A DNA stretch of 64,000 bases from Vicugna vicugna (taxonomy: Eukaryota), in contig MU057597.1 of the NCBI GenBank assembly GCA_013265495.1, forward strand, positions 684,207-748,206, read 5' to 3'. The position numbers and the translations under genes are program-made. Below are positions 37,901-50,800 of the stretch, in pieces; the stretch's first letter is position 1, and each line of letters begins with the position of its first letter. The notes under the pieces were generated by a model. That model searched no databases. It was not told the DNA's origin and was given only the letters and a program-made list of their open reading frames with translations.

Positions 37901-38529
37901 GGCGAGATTAAGACAGACCTTAATTCCCCCCTCACAAAGGAAGTCTGTGGTTGATGCACGGCCAGCAGGAGGCGCTGTTACACAAGCTCATCCAGGGACC
38001 CAGGCTGATGGGATTTCTCTAAACAATGTATTTTTTGGTTGGTTTGTTTCCATCCCTTGTCCCAAGGTGGCCACCACAGTGATCGTGTACCCTAGGCAGC
38101 AGGAAGATGGAAGGGAAAAAAAAATGGAGAGAATGCAATATTCTTAGGAAACCACAATCCATAAATTACACAGATCATTCCACTTACACCACAGCCTCTA
38201 AAACTTAGTCATGTCGCCAAGGTAGCTGCAAGGGAGGATGGGAAATGTCTCTAGCTGGACGTCACGTGCCCGGATAAAATTCAAAGTGTTCTGTTAGTAA
38301 CGTGGAGACTGGATAAGCAGGATGACTAGCAGTCTCCAGCGTTGTGGCCAAAAGGCTGCGTTGTCCTGAGCAGGAGAGCAATTCACTCCCTCTTCCGTTC
38401 TCCTGGAATGCAGAAACAGGCACAGTCAGCTTGGGAACCAGCAAGCTTTCTTCCCTGCTCAAGTAGGGAAAAAATGCCTTCAGTGAGACAGAAAAGAGAG
38501 CAACTGACAGGCGGCCCGTCTGGAAGCCT

Positions 38530-39475
38530 TCTGCCCTGAGCGTCTTAGAAGGAACGCCTCCCACCTTGATCAGCAAATCCCTGCTCACTTTCTGGACCAG
38601 CTCATTCCTAAGGCAGCAGACGAAGGGGTTCAGCAGGGGCGACACGATGGTGCTGAAGAAAGCGACTCCTCTGTTGAGCTTCAGCCGCCCTGTCTGCCGG
38701 GGGCTCAGGAACACGGTGCGGCAGCTCCCGTTGGTGAGCGGGACCACCGGGAGGTGGGAGGGGCAGGTGGAGAAGGCCTTGCGGCGGCCCCGGGATGAAG
38801 GCAGGTGCAGGACGGTGCCGATGCCGCGGCCGCAGGACAGGCTGGTCGCCACCACGGCACAGGCCAGGGCGCACACGGCCTCCAGGAAGGACACCAGGAC
38901 TGCAGGGGCCTGGTGTCTGCGCACACCAGCTCCAGCAAGGGCGTGCTGTCACAGAAGAAGTGGTCGAGGACGTCGGGGCCACAGAAGGGGAGGGAGCGCA
39001 CCCAGACACTGGGCCCGGCGAGGAAGAGGAGGCTGCGCCCCGCAGCCCAGCACGAGGACGGGGCAGACCCCAGCGGTGCTGAGGGCGGGGCGCCGCCGGG
39101 GCCGGCAGACGGCCAGGTAGGGTCCGCGGACATCCCCGCCGGCAGCAGGGGCTCCGCGGTGCCCAGGATGAAGTAGAGCCCCGTTTGGGCGAAGCGTCTG
39201 GCTCGGAGACGGTCCCGCGTCCAGGGAGGGGGGGGACCAGCGCCTGCGGGGCGACGGCGGCGGTGCAGCCCGGCTCCCGCAGCGAGGCGTGCCGGAGGAG
39301 CGGAGCCTCGGGGTGGCGAGGCGGCGGTCGGCCACGGCCGGGGTGACGATGAGCAGGTTCCCCGGGAGGGTCAGCACGGGAGTGACCAGGCGCACAGCGG
39401 GGAGAAGGGGCTGGAGTCCCCGCGCGTCGGTGCCCCCCAGGCGCACGAACCCCGGCGCTGCGGTGCCGCTGGACG
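38530..39475 (-). pseudogene. Olfactory receptor pseudogene (class II, OR6-like), frameshifted and GC-enriched
   Basis: OR motifs are spread across different frames: [22 protein letters not shown] (MAYDRYxAICxP), [36 protein letters not shown] and PLLNPFVCCLRNELV. No ATG at the expected start. Confidence 0.88.
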
Positions 39476-40315
39476 AGCAGCCGGGGCGGGGGGCGCGGGC
39501 TGTGACGGCAGCAGAGCCCGGGGCTTGGGGGGGGCCGTCAGTGCACCCGCTCCCGTCCTGGCTCTGTGGTTTGGCCCCTCAGGGTCTCAGGGGCTTCACC
39601 AGTAGCACAGGGATGTAGGAGAATCCCCCACCCCGCCCCGGCCACAGGGCTGTTGTGAGGATGAAAGAAGAAAACTTACAACAGGGCTTGGCCCATGATT
39701 AATACTCTCCCAAATGTTAGCTGTTATTTTTGTGTAATGTAAAAAGTATCATTTTCATTTTCAGCAGAAGAACTTTCCTCTTGCCCCCACAAAGCCTGTT
39801 ACGTGCTGGGTAAACACTTTTTAATCCGCGGAGGGGTGAGACCTATTTCTTGCAGGGATTCTATGTTATACAGAAAGAGTTAATGCAGTTTGGAACCAGA
39901 GAGGTTAAGGTAGAGAATCTGTGATTTGCTTCTTGCAAGAATTTGTTTGCTTGTGTCTTTGAATTGTAATACAACACAAATTATGGGAAGTGGACACGTC
40001 ATTACTGTACCATTTGCTGCATTTTCTCAAATAGAATGTACAGGTACAACCAGCACCCAGAGCAAGGAACGGAATATGAGCAGCACCCCACGCCCCCGAT
40101 GGTCACAACCCCTTCTCCCAAAGGCAACCACAACTGAAGGAACTGGAGAGGGGGGAGACGGATGAGGAGTTTGGCAGCTGGAGAATTCTTGAAAATTCTG
40201 AGCTACTATGAACTGCTTTATCACATCTATTCTGTCTGCATCATGTGACGCGTAGACGCCTCCTTTGTCCTCATCTGAAATACACCCTTCTTTGACTAGG
40301 CTAGCAGTGTCTAAT

Positions 40316-40782
40316 GCCAACTAAAAATTGGCACTTGCCAGCCGCATCTACAAGGGTTAAATTGGGAACCATTGCAGCCCTGACCTGCAACACCCCTTGA
40401 AAGGAGTTCAGGGTGGAGATCAGGAATGGGGTGCTCTGTGCTCTGGAAAAACTGGCAGAACAGGCCTTCAGATAGTTAGATACTTTTAGGAGAAGATTTT
40501 ATGAGCCCAAATTCTTGCATCTCCTCGTACCTAGAAAGACACTAAAATCATTAAAGGTGACATCTGCTCCTCGTGACTAGCAGCCAGCCCCTGTCTGTGT
40601 GCTTGACTGCACGTACCCCCTCCCTTCACTAAAATCATACATAATACTGACGTTCCCCCTGCCTCTTCAGAGCAGTTCCTCAGAGCTATCTGAAATGCTC
40701 TCTCCTGGGCTATAGTCCTCATTTTGCCCCCAAATAAAACTGAACTCATAGCTCTCACATTGTGCATTTTTTTCAGTCAACA
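40316..40782 (+). mobile_element. ERV solo LTR
   Basis: TGCCAA...TCAACA termini, AATAAA near 40732, same family as 3762-4180. Confidence 0.75.
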
Positions 40783-42629
40783 CCAGTTAGAAATATAACG
40801 TGAGACACAAATGCAAGCGACATATGCAATTTCAAATTTGCTAGTGCCACATGAAAAGACATAATAAAAAGAAACAGATGAAATGGATGTTATCAACCTA
40901 TTTCATCTAACTGAATATATCTAAAACATCATTTCACCATGCAATCAATGAAAAAGTTATACATGAGCTGCTTTATATTCTTCTTTTGGGACTAAGTCTT
41001 TAAAATCTGGTTTCACACCCATAGCACATCCCATGGCAGACCGTCCACATTTCAAGTGCCCAGTAGCCACAGGTGGCTCATGGTTACCACACTGGACAGC
41101 TGTGGTCTAGCTCCCCCAGCCTCTCCTGCAGTCTACAGTCTAATTCTGTTTCTCTCAGAATTGGGAAGATCTCCCCTAACCTCAGTTCCTTCTTCCACAC
41201 CTTCAGCGTCTCCTCCTGCTCTGTCCCCAGGTTCCTAGAGGATGGTGTGAAAGGCACAGACAACAGGTGATGACAATTTACCTGGCATTACAGTCCTTTT
41301 TATCACAAAGGGTCCAAGTCCTGATTCTGGACTTTTTTAGAGAGGCATATGGCATGGAACAGGGACAAAGGAGAAGGTAATCCACAAACCCAACAAAAGT
41401 GACAGAGACAAGGAGAGGCCCTGGGGGGGAAAAGAGAGAAACATATTAAACACAGACAGACACAGAAGGAAGGGGAAATGCAGGGAGAACGAGGGTACAG
41501 ACTGGGGAAGACACAGATGAAGACAGACAAAGAAAGACAGTCAGAGAACTAGAGACAAAGGAGAGAGACAGGCAGGAGAGGAAAGACAGATAAAGCCAGA
41601 AAAACAGGACCAAGAGAGACAAAGGGAAAGACAGAAATAGAGCAAATCAGGGACCAGAAAGAGATGACGAGCAAGCCAGAGTTTTGAACACTGAGGAGTT
41701 CTTTGAGATCGTTGGTAAGAATGGAGCTCTGCTGGTCCCCAGAGGTCGCCGTTATTTCAGATACTAGGTCACACCCCACATGGAAAGGTGAGGAGCCCTT
41801 TCCCCTCCCCGATTCTTCTTACCCAGGAGCTCCCAGGAGGCAGAAGGGTCAGGCCTCAGGGACCCAGAAAACTTTGAAAATTTCTCATCATTCTTAAGGG
41901 AGTGGTTAACTCAACTTCCTTCAAATGTTTGCTCAAGGGAACTTGTATATGGGTAAAGCTTTAATAGAAATTTTTCTTTCTTTCCTTGTTTACTTTTCCC
42001 CACAAGTGGGAAATGAGCAGACTCGATACAGTGCATTTTCTTTCCTTCCTCTTCCTCTTCAGCACAGCAGCAGGGGTCGCCCCAACGGACTCGTGCAGCT
42101 GAGGACTATTCATTCCTTGGTGTCCCCAAAGTTTAGCCCTGCAATAATCACCACAATGAGGGTCATTTATTAAACTTCTGCTGTAATGGGTTATGTCACT
42201 TTTTTTTTTTACTGTCATGATCCACCTTCCTTTCCTGACAAGGTCTCAGTCATCATTTGGGTGAATTTTCTCTGGCCAACAAGTGAGAGACTCTTGGTTG
42301 CCTCTGCCCTTCCCTTTTTCTTCCAGGACTTTCCATTTTAGCAAAGGCTGGAGGGAGGAACAGCACCAAGGAAAGAGAAGGTGAAGGGAAGAGCAAAAAG
42401 TGGATGAATATCTAAACAATGCAGGCAAGAATCTCACAATTTTCTTTTCAGTCTTGTGAACAAGTGGGAGGAGCTATCTACACCAAAGGATTTTAATGGC
42501 AAAGGCAGCTGGACTCCAAGAGATGCTTGTATGCCAGTGTGCAGAGCAGCATTACTCACAGCGGTCAAAAGTGGAAGCAATTCAAATGTACATCACGTAA
42601 TGAACAGATGAACAGAAGCTGTTGTGTAA

Positions 42630-42667
<38 letters not shown>

Positions 42668-44063
42668 ATAATATTAAGTCTTAAAAAGGAAGGAAATTCT
42701 GACACAGGCTACCACATGGATGAACCTGAAGGACATTATGCTCAGTGAGATAAGCCAGTCACAAAAGGGCCAACACTGTAGGATTCCACTTATGGAAAGT
42801 ACTGAGAGTGATCAGATTCACAGAGCCAGGAGGTAGGGTGGTGGCTGCTAAGAACTGGGGGGTGGGAGTTACTGTTCACTGGGTTTGGAGTGGGAGTTTT
42901 GCAAGATGAAAAGAGTTCTAGGGGTGGATGGTGGTGACAGTTGTACAGTAACATAAATGCACTTCCTGCTGCTGACTGTGTGCTTGAAATTGCTAAGATG
43001 GTACATTATACGTGTGTATTTTACACAATTAAAAAATAAAAGAAAATGAAAATGAAAAAGAATATGAGAAGGAATAAGTGTACGTATATGTATGACTGCA
43101 ACATGACACTGTACACCAGAAATTGACACATGGTCAACTGACTGTACCTCAACTAACAAAAACTAAATAACTCTGAATTAAAAAATTAAAAATTAAAACA
43201 AGAAGAAAAAGGCAGTTGCAGATCTGCGTGCAGAGCAGAAGACCCTAGATACTCAGATGCCCAGCTGCACTGAGAGGTAACATACAATGATGGAAAGTCC
43301 TGGTGAAACAGGGGGCTGGGGGGAGAATCAGGAATAAATGAATGTGAGCAGAATACACTCCAAGGTTTTCCTTCACAAACTGTCTCAGAGTGAGTGGTTT
43401 ACACCCAACAGGTGAAACTTGCATGTCATCACAGTTCTTCTACATCTTTGGTCCGTTGCCCTGAGCTGGCAATAGTTATCAGCGCCTTGGGGACAGAATT
43501 CTGAGTCTACTATGACCCAGTATAGCTTCTTTCACGTGGGAAAACTCAACAAATACTAGTTAGGTGATTTAATCTATACACAAGACTTCTATAAAGGAAG
43601 CTGGGGAAGACTACATCCTGGACTTGCTTAAAAATGATAAAATTCTGTTTCTCATTTACAGCTGTGAGATCTGAAGCTTAGACACAGACTAAATGGGTTG
43701 CCCAGCAGAGAAAGGGGTGATCCAAGCACTGAGACCCCAGGACCAGAGCCCTTAGCTCTAAATGTCTGACCCTCCCCTTCATTCCTTTTTATCTTCTGCT
43801 CCCTCCCCCAGTGCCCAACAGCCAAGAAATCCCCTGAAGGATTATTGGCTTGGATGAAGAGCTTGGATTTATTTTTCCCTCAAGATTCCTTCTAGTGGTT
43901 GAAATTAAAAATTGCATGTGAAAGACTTAAGTCTGTGCACCAAGCTAAAGACAGTTTTTGCTTGCTTCATCACAGATTGAATGCTGCCTCTGGTCTAGGG
44001 TTGCCAGATGAAATGCCAGATGGCAAGATAAATTTGGATTTCTGCTGGGCAATGAATATACTT

Positions 44064-44695
44064 TGCGGGGGGCCACTCATAACCTGAGGACTGCCGAGCA
44101 CAGAGGTTGGGCCTAAACTCCCACAGTGCAGGGCGTCAGGCTCTGAGGTTGATTCTAACAAAGACAATCTCTGTCCCGCCACCCCTTTGAAGAATGCACC
44201 AGGTGCATTAGAGCCTGAGGAGCATCCTGAGCTATTAAGTCACTAAGGACCTTTGGAAGGAGAGATACAATCTGCACACAAGTTAGTGATCTTAGCTTGA
44301 AGAACAATCACCTGAGTTAATAGTACACGAGTCACGATGTTAGCTTAGAGAAACAACAACTTTAGTTAGTGATCTTGGTATGTGGGAACATATACCCTAG
44401 TTTATGAGTATTATAAACAACATTGATCTATAGAACTATGCACAAGTTAGTGAGTTTAGTACACACTGTGTTTAAACCATAAAACAATACCTGTGCCTAT
44501 GTGCAAGAATGCACAAGGTAGTCACTTGAATTTGTATAAATTAACTGCCTGAAATAAACTCGAGGTCCACTCTTGACTTAGCGTCTTGCGGGCTAGAGTG
44601 AGACCCTCTCAACCCCACCTTCTAGTCTTGTCTTTCTTTTCTCAGTCCTGCAGCACAGGTTTCTGGACCTGATCGATTGTCGGCTGGCTCCGACA
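44064..44695 (+). mobile_element. Solo ERV LTR (class II / betaretrovirus-like, 6-bp TSD)
   Basis: TG...CA termini, ATACTT duplicated at 44058-44063 and 44696-44701, TATAAA at 44535, AATAAA at 44553. The paralog has the empty site at 62270-62275. Confidence 0.92.
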
Positions 44696-44885
44696 ATACT
44701 TTATTTAATTATTTAGTATAAGTATGTCACATGTAAGTTGGGACAAAATTGCATCATGGGACTTGGTTAGGTAAAGTGCCTTTCTTATCATCATATTAGG
44801 GGCACATACCATCAACATGATTTATCACTTGACACTGATCTTGGTTATCTGGTTGAGGTACAGTGTGTCAGGTTTCTCCACTATT

Positions 44886-45127
44886 TTTTTTTATTTTTTT
44901 ATTTTTTTATTTTTATTTTTAATTTTTTTAACATTTTTTATTGATTTATAATCATTTTACAATGTTGTGTCAAATTCAGCACAATTTTTCAGTCATACAT
45001 GGACATATACACACTCATTGTCACATTTTTTTCTCTGTGAGCTGCCATAATGTTTTGTGTATATTTCCCTGTGCTATACAGTATAATCTTGTTTATCTAT
45101 TCTACAATTTTGAAATCCCAGTCTATC
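44886..45127 (-). mobile_element. Young 5'-truncated L1 with 15-bp TSD
   Basis: GGTTTCTCCACTATT at 44871-44885 and 45128-45142, with a T-rich tail. The paralog has the empty site at ~62447-62461. Confidence 0.88.
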
Positions 45128-45199
45128 GGTTTCTCCACTATTAAGTTATTTTTTGGGTCCCCTTTACATACTGTACTCTTTGGAAGGAAGTCCCTAGCG

Positions 45200-47660
45200 A
45201 GAAGTTATATTCCACATGAAAGAGGAAGAAATTTTCCTCTACCCTTCTGAGTTCTTCTGGCTGGTCTAAGAATTAAATTCACATGAGACAGATTAACAGG
45301 AGAAACTCAAACAGTGTGATAACATGTATACACGGGAGAGACCCAGGAAAACTGGGTAACTTGTCAAATGGCCCAAACCCTTGCCTTAAATAACATCATC
45401 AGCTAAAGAGGGGAAAAAAAAGAATTTGGGGGAGGGCCGTGGTTTGGGACTTCAAAGTGGGGGAAGGCAATTCACCACACTTAGCTGTTGCCCTCTGCAG
45501 ACTTGTCTGTTGTTAGCTTTATTCTGAGAGTGAGTCTTTTATCTAAATTCTTTAAGAGGAGGTAAAAAGAAGGACTTCCTGCGTGTTCGGTTTCTTAAAA
45601 ATAATCAGCCTAAATTAATCCTCATGCCAAAGAGACATGTTTTGGGGCAACTGATGTAGTTGGCTCCCCGCAGTCCCTCCTCTGAAACTTGTTCAAGAAG
45701 CTTCGCAGTCCAGGAGCTGAGCTGGTAGATCGTTTCATCTCATTGAACCAGTGTCTTGGTGTTGACGATGGATCAGTCCAGTTAATTCATTTCAGAAGCT
45801 GGTGAAGCACATGGGGTCTCAAAGTTAGGCCTACAAGGGGCAAGGAATTAGGTATTTAATAGAAGACATTTCTATGGAGACAAAAGAAAAACAAAGGTCT
45901 ATGGTTGGAGCAAATTATAGCCCAGTGTCTGAGTCCCGAGAGCTATCTGTCGAGAAGATTCCCAGAAGTAAGGCACAAGGCATCTTTAGATGGAGTGAGG
46001 GCAGGCAGTGACAATGGACAGATTTTCCTGGCTTGAATGTCTCTGGTGAAGTCATTGGGTGTTCAGGTCAGCTTTCTCACTGGCTCACACAGAAACAAAC
46101 ATGAAGATTATCTAAATGTCAGCCATGGTGGTGATCTCTTTGCAGTTTATATCAAGTTGACTCACTTCTCTCTGCAGGACTTTAGGAAAAGGGCAGCTTC
46201 AGTTTCTCTTGATTCGAAGTCAAAAACAGGGGAAAAATTGGAAATGTTAGTTTGGAGACTATAGCCAAATAACTGAGGAAACTAAAACAATTCAGGACCC
46301 AGCCCAGTGTACGGGTGGAAAACAAAATCTCAAATACAATGAACAGAACTAGAATCTAATAGCCACAGGTATTATAGTTTCTATTGGAACATGTTTTTTC
46401 CTCTGTCTACAATCACCCTCACTTCTACCAAAGGTGGACAAATTAGGACTAATTTGTTTATAAAATAAATTCAAGTTCATTAAACTTGGCCTGTATATGT
46501 ACATAAGCTCGGCAAGAGTAACAGTCGACCAAATAGATTCTTTTAAATCTGCTTTTCTGGAACTTTTCACGAAGAATCTTCAAATTGAACTCTGAAATGT
46601 TTCTTGAAGGCAAGACTCCAAGCCAAGGATTTGCCATCTCTCTTCTTGAAGTCCACAACGTGCCCGAGGTTCGGGGGCCTGCCGGAGAATGGTCTTTCTT
46701 ACTCACCTGTCAGCAAGACACCAGGCTGCTTTCCCAAGGGGGTTTATGGCTCCACAAAGTCAATCTTGGTTCCTTAAAGTTGTCTGATCCTATTTGAATC
46801 AACGCACATTCTCAAGTATGACATCCCAGTAAAACCTCGCTAATACAGCCAGTGTTTTCATTTGTGTCCTGGTACAAAGAGAACAGGTTCTTAGTGAACT
46901 TACGTAAATAACTCTATTGCTGTAAAAGTGAGAGTACTCACTAAGAGTTTCTGAACTCTGGAGGGATCAGCTAGAAAGAAAAGGATACGTGCTTCACTTC
47001 TGCTTTCAAAACTACAGGTTACCACATTGTTGTAAAGCATAGGTAGCTGAAGAGAAAATTTTTCCAGAAATCTAGGAAACAAATATTAAAAAGCTGATCG
47101 TGTTTCAGACAAAGTCATAAAAATTGTAAATCATATTCAGTAGTTCATCCAGTCCTGTGTGATTAATTCTAGTTGATCTTGATGTTTTGTTAGCGGGTCT
47201 GTGTTGCCATCAGGTTTTCCATTAACATTCCACAATTTCTTACACAGTCCAACGGTGTGATCTGAACGTTATCAGAAAACTATGTGTCAAAAAGGATCAC
47301 ATAAGTGAACAAACAGAACATAACCTGCTAGAAAATGGTTAATGTTACAGACTTATATATCCAACTTAATGGGGAAAAGGGTAAGGAGGCAAGTCTTCTG
47401 TAGGGAGAACAAATAGGTTTCTTTAGGAAAGAAAAACAGGTTAGTAGAACAAACGAGGGATGACTAACTTGTGATCATGCTGTCTACGCACATGTGAGTG
47501 GGCTTTCCAACATCTTCAGGGCTATAAACTCCCAGGGGGCAGACTCACAGTATTAGGCTTCCTCATCACCATCATCTCAGGAATGCCCCCTCCTGAACGG
47601 GGGAGTTTATGGCAGCCTTAGTTCCAAGAATTTTCTGCTTTGAGTCAGATAAGCTCAGAG
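45200..47660 (-). mobile_element. Old ERV1-like LTR and internal remnant
   Basis: The LTR-like part 45225-45670 resembles 930-1475 and is followed by degenerate internal-like sequence without ORFs. Orientation and family are inferred. Confidence 0.5.
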
Positions 47661-47676
47661 GAGGCTTCTTTCTGCA

Positions 47677-47823
<147 letters not shown>

Positions 47824-50800
47824 ACTTTTTAAAAATTGAAGTATAGTCAGTTTACAATGTTGTGTCAATCTTTCTGCATTTCTTGCAATTCAGATGTCTT
47901 TCCTTTAAAATAATATCTCTACCAACGCTAGGATTTCAAGTGCGTCCCCACAGAACCAACTAAAACTCTCCACAACAGCATAAGCCATTTCATTCCGTCT
48001 TGTGTGGTTGGTTTTTCAAAAGTTAATGGAAGAGTTCATTGCCACATTTAGATCCCATTGGATCCTATTTTGGAGGTTTGTGTTCAGTGCTGTAGCACAG
48101 AGGTCATCTGATGCATGCCACAATCCTCTCTACCCATCACTAGCGGGCACCCACTGCACCACTCCCCTTCCAGCTCCAGAGTTTTGCTTTCTGTGAAGAA
48201 TAGTGCTTCTTACATCACTTTCCCTTCTCTGTTCTCCATGCTAAGCTCTCCCAGCAGAGCTCCTTGAAGAAGGGGACATAGTTACATGCCTCTTAAGTCT
48301 TCCTCCATCCTTTAGTGCAAGTCTGAATGCAGGCGTGACGACTGTTAAATGCCTTTGTTGCATGGATTAACATCAGAGATTCTGAAGGTCTCTTTCTCCT
48401 GGTTGGTGGCCAGCTGGGCTTGGGGCTTCCCCGCACTCGAGTGCAGACCATGGAAAGTCGAGCAGTGTAAAAAGATTGGGAGGGAGGAGGGTTGTAAGTG
48501 GGGTCCCGAGTTTTACGGCCTGTACTTCTCAGGGTCTTTGATGTTCAAATGAATTCAGGAGTCCGTGGAAATAATCAATAAATAATCAATCATAGGAATA
48601 GAAAAGAGTTTTATCTGAGCCAAACTGAGGACTATGCCCTGGGAAGCAGCCTCTCAGATAGCTCTGAGGAACTGCTCCACTGAACCATGGTTTTGACACA
48701 GTCTTACACTTCATCCGAACAAAGAACATACATCAGACATGACAGGGCATGTTCCTTCAAGGTTGTAAAAGAGACAGACTTAGTGCACAGGCAGCGAGAC
48801 AGCAGGACCTGGTGTCTGGGAAGGGAACCTAATCTCTGAGCAACTGTTAACACGGACGCCGTAAGAAGGGAGTTGTTCATCCTTGTCTTCAACATAGACA
48901 TTCTCAGCCTTAACCGTTAAAGTGGCTGTGCTGTGAGGGTTGGACGGGCTGGTTTAGTTCACACAAAGTTCCAGCTGCACCATGTACAAGCCGAACTGAT
49001 TTCCCCGTGTCTCAATGCATGAAAATTCTCTCCATTCAAAAGCATAACAAAAATTTTGGAGCCATATGATCCAGCAATTCACTTCCGAGGATACACCCAG
49101 AAGAATCGAAAGCACCCTCTGGAGGGAATATTGGTACACCCAGGTTCCTAGCAGCATTATTCGTCACGGCTAAAACATGAAAGCAACCCAAGTGCTCATT
49201 GACCAAGAAATGATAAGCCAAATGTGGCTTGTATAAATAACAGAGTATTATTCAGCATTAAAAAGAAAGGGGATTCTAATGCACGCTACAACAGGGAGGA
49301 ACTTAGTGGGCATTCTACTCAGTGAAATAAGCCTGACAGTAAACGGCAAACACTGTAGGACTCCACTTACATAAAGATTCCAGAGTGGTCAGATCCACAG
49401 AGACAGAAAGTAGAATGATTGCCAGGAACTGTGGAGGAGACAAGGCGAATTGTCGCTGAATGTGTACAGAGTTGAAAAGAAGTTCTGGGGTTTGGTTGCA
49501 TAAAATGTGAATGTACTTGACATGACTGAACTGCATAGTTTAAAATGGTTAAAATGATAAATCTTACGTAATGTATATTTTACCGTAATGAAAAACATTT
49601 TAGATCCATCCCCAGAAGTGTGGAGGGCTGATAGCGCCACCACAGGCGGTCCCCACCCAACCATCTCCATCCCCACCCTGACAACCCAGGGATGAGCTCA
49701 GGGACTCCTCGCTCGGTTTTAGAGATGCATCAGTTGCAGCCCTTCACAGCTCAAATTCAGCCCCACTGACTCTGACCCAGGGCTCCAGGCTCTCCTCCAA
49801 CAATCCAGTAAGTCTTGGGGAAGCCCTCTCCTGTAGGCGACAGGGCGCGGAGCTCAGATACTCAGAACTGAGTATCTCTGCAATTCATGTGTGTGGTCGG
49901 GTCAGCCTGGCTCCAGTCTGCAGGTGGAAAGACCCATTTCCCAGATGAAAGCAGAAGGAGCTGGGAGCTGTGTGTGTTTGTGTGAGAAGAGGTGGGGGTG
50001 GGGGAGATTGGGTCAGTGTCCTGAGGCTCTAAGACTTGGTTTTTTATTGGTGTGTAAACAATAGTCATTATTACACTTATATAAGGTTTATGATATGAGG
50101 ACCGCTGACTTCATTCTCCTGTGTATGTGCTCTCTGAATGTGTGGACTCCTCCTCTGCCCATGCTAGGGACCTGAGCATCCACAGGGCTTCGTATCCATA
50201 GAGGACGACTGGACGGTGATTTATATTAAACCACCTTGGGGATTGCTGCACTGAGCAACTCTCTGAAGCTGGTTCTAATATTTATCATTGGTAGTAATGA
50301 AATATGGTTGTGAAATACACTTAATATAACATTTACCATCTTAAGCACTTTAAGTGTACTGTTTATTAATGTTAAGTGTCTTTGCATTGCTGTGCAACCA
50401 GTCTCCAGAATCCTTTTCATCTTGTAAAACCAAAACTGTGTCCCCATGTAACAATAACTCCCCATTTCTCCCTCACCCAGACCCTAGCAAACCACCATTC
50501 TACTTCCTGTCTCTATGAATCTGAGTACTGTAGATGCTTCGTGGAAGTGGCATCGACAATATTGGCCTTTTTGCGACTGGCTTATGTCACTTAGCATAAT
50601 GTCCTCAAGGTCCCTTCATGTTGTAGCATGGCTCAGAATTTCCTGGATTTTTTTTTTAAGGCTGAGTAATAATCTTCTGCATGTATAGACCACACTGTGT
50701 TTATCCATTCATTTGTGAATGAACCCTTAGGTTGCTTCCAACTTTCAGCTATTCTGAATAATCCTGCTGTGAACATGCGTGTATAAATATCTCTTTGAGA

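Larger units (their letters stand above)
41580..46440 (+). repeat. Segmental duplication copy A (paralog of 59660-63783)
   Basis: Long co-linear direct match including unique sequence, a (TG)n tract and shared old repeats. Both copies give near-identical spurious ORFs (42246..42437 vs 60462..60653). Confidence 0.95.

Noticed and set aside
38566..39618. Several long overlapping + strand ORFs
   Set aside because: Stop-poor GC-rich DNA antisense to the OR pseudogene, with no recognisable domains.
3762..40782. Two same-family, same-orientation LTRs as a possible provirus
   Set aside because: They are 36 kb apart, enclose host genes, share no TSD and have no gag/pol/env between them. Independent insertions.
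49740..49815. Possible non-coding first exon of the SLC7A3-like gene (GTAAGT at ~49808)
   Set aside because: Only a donor motif; cannot be supported without transcript data.
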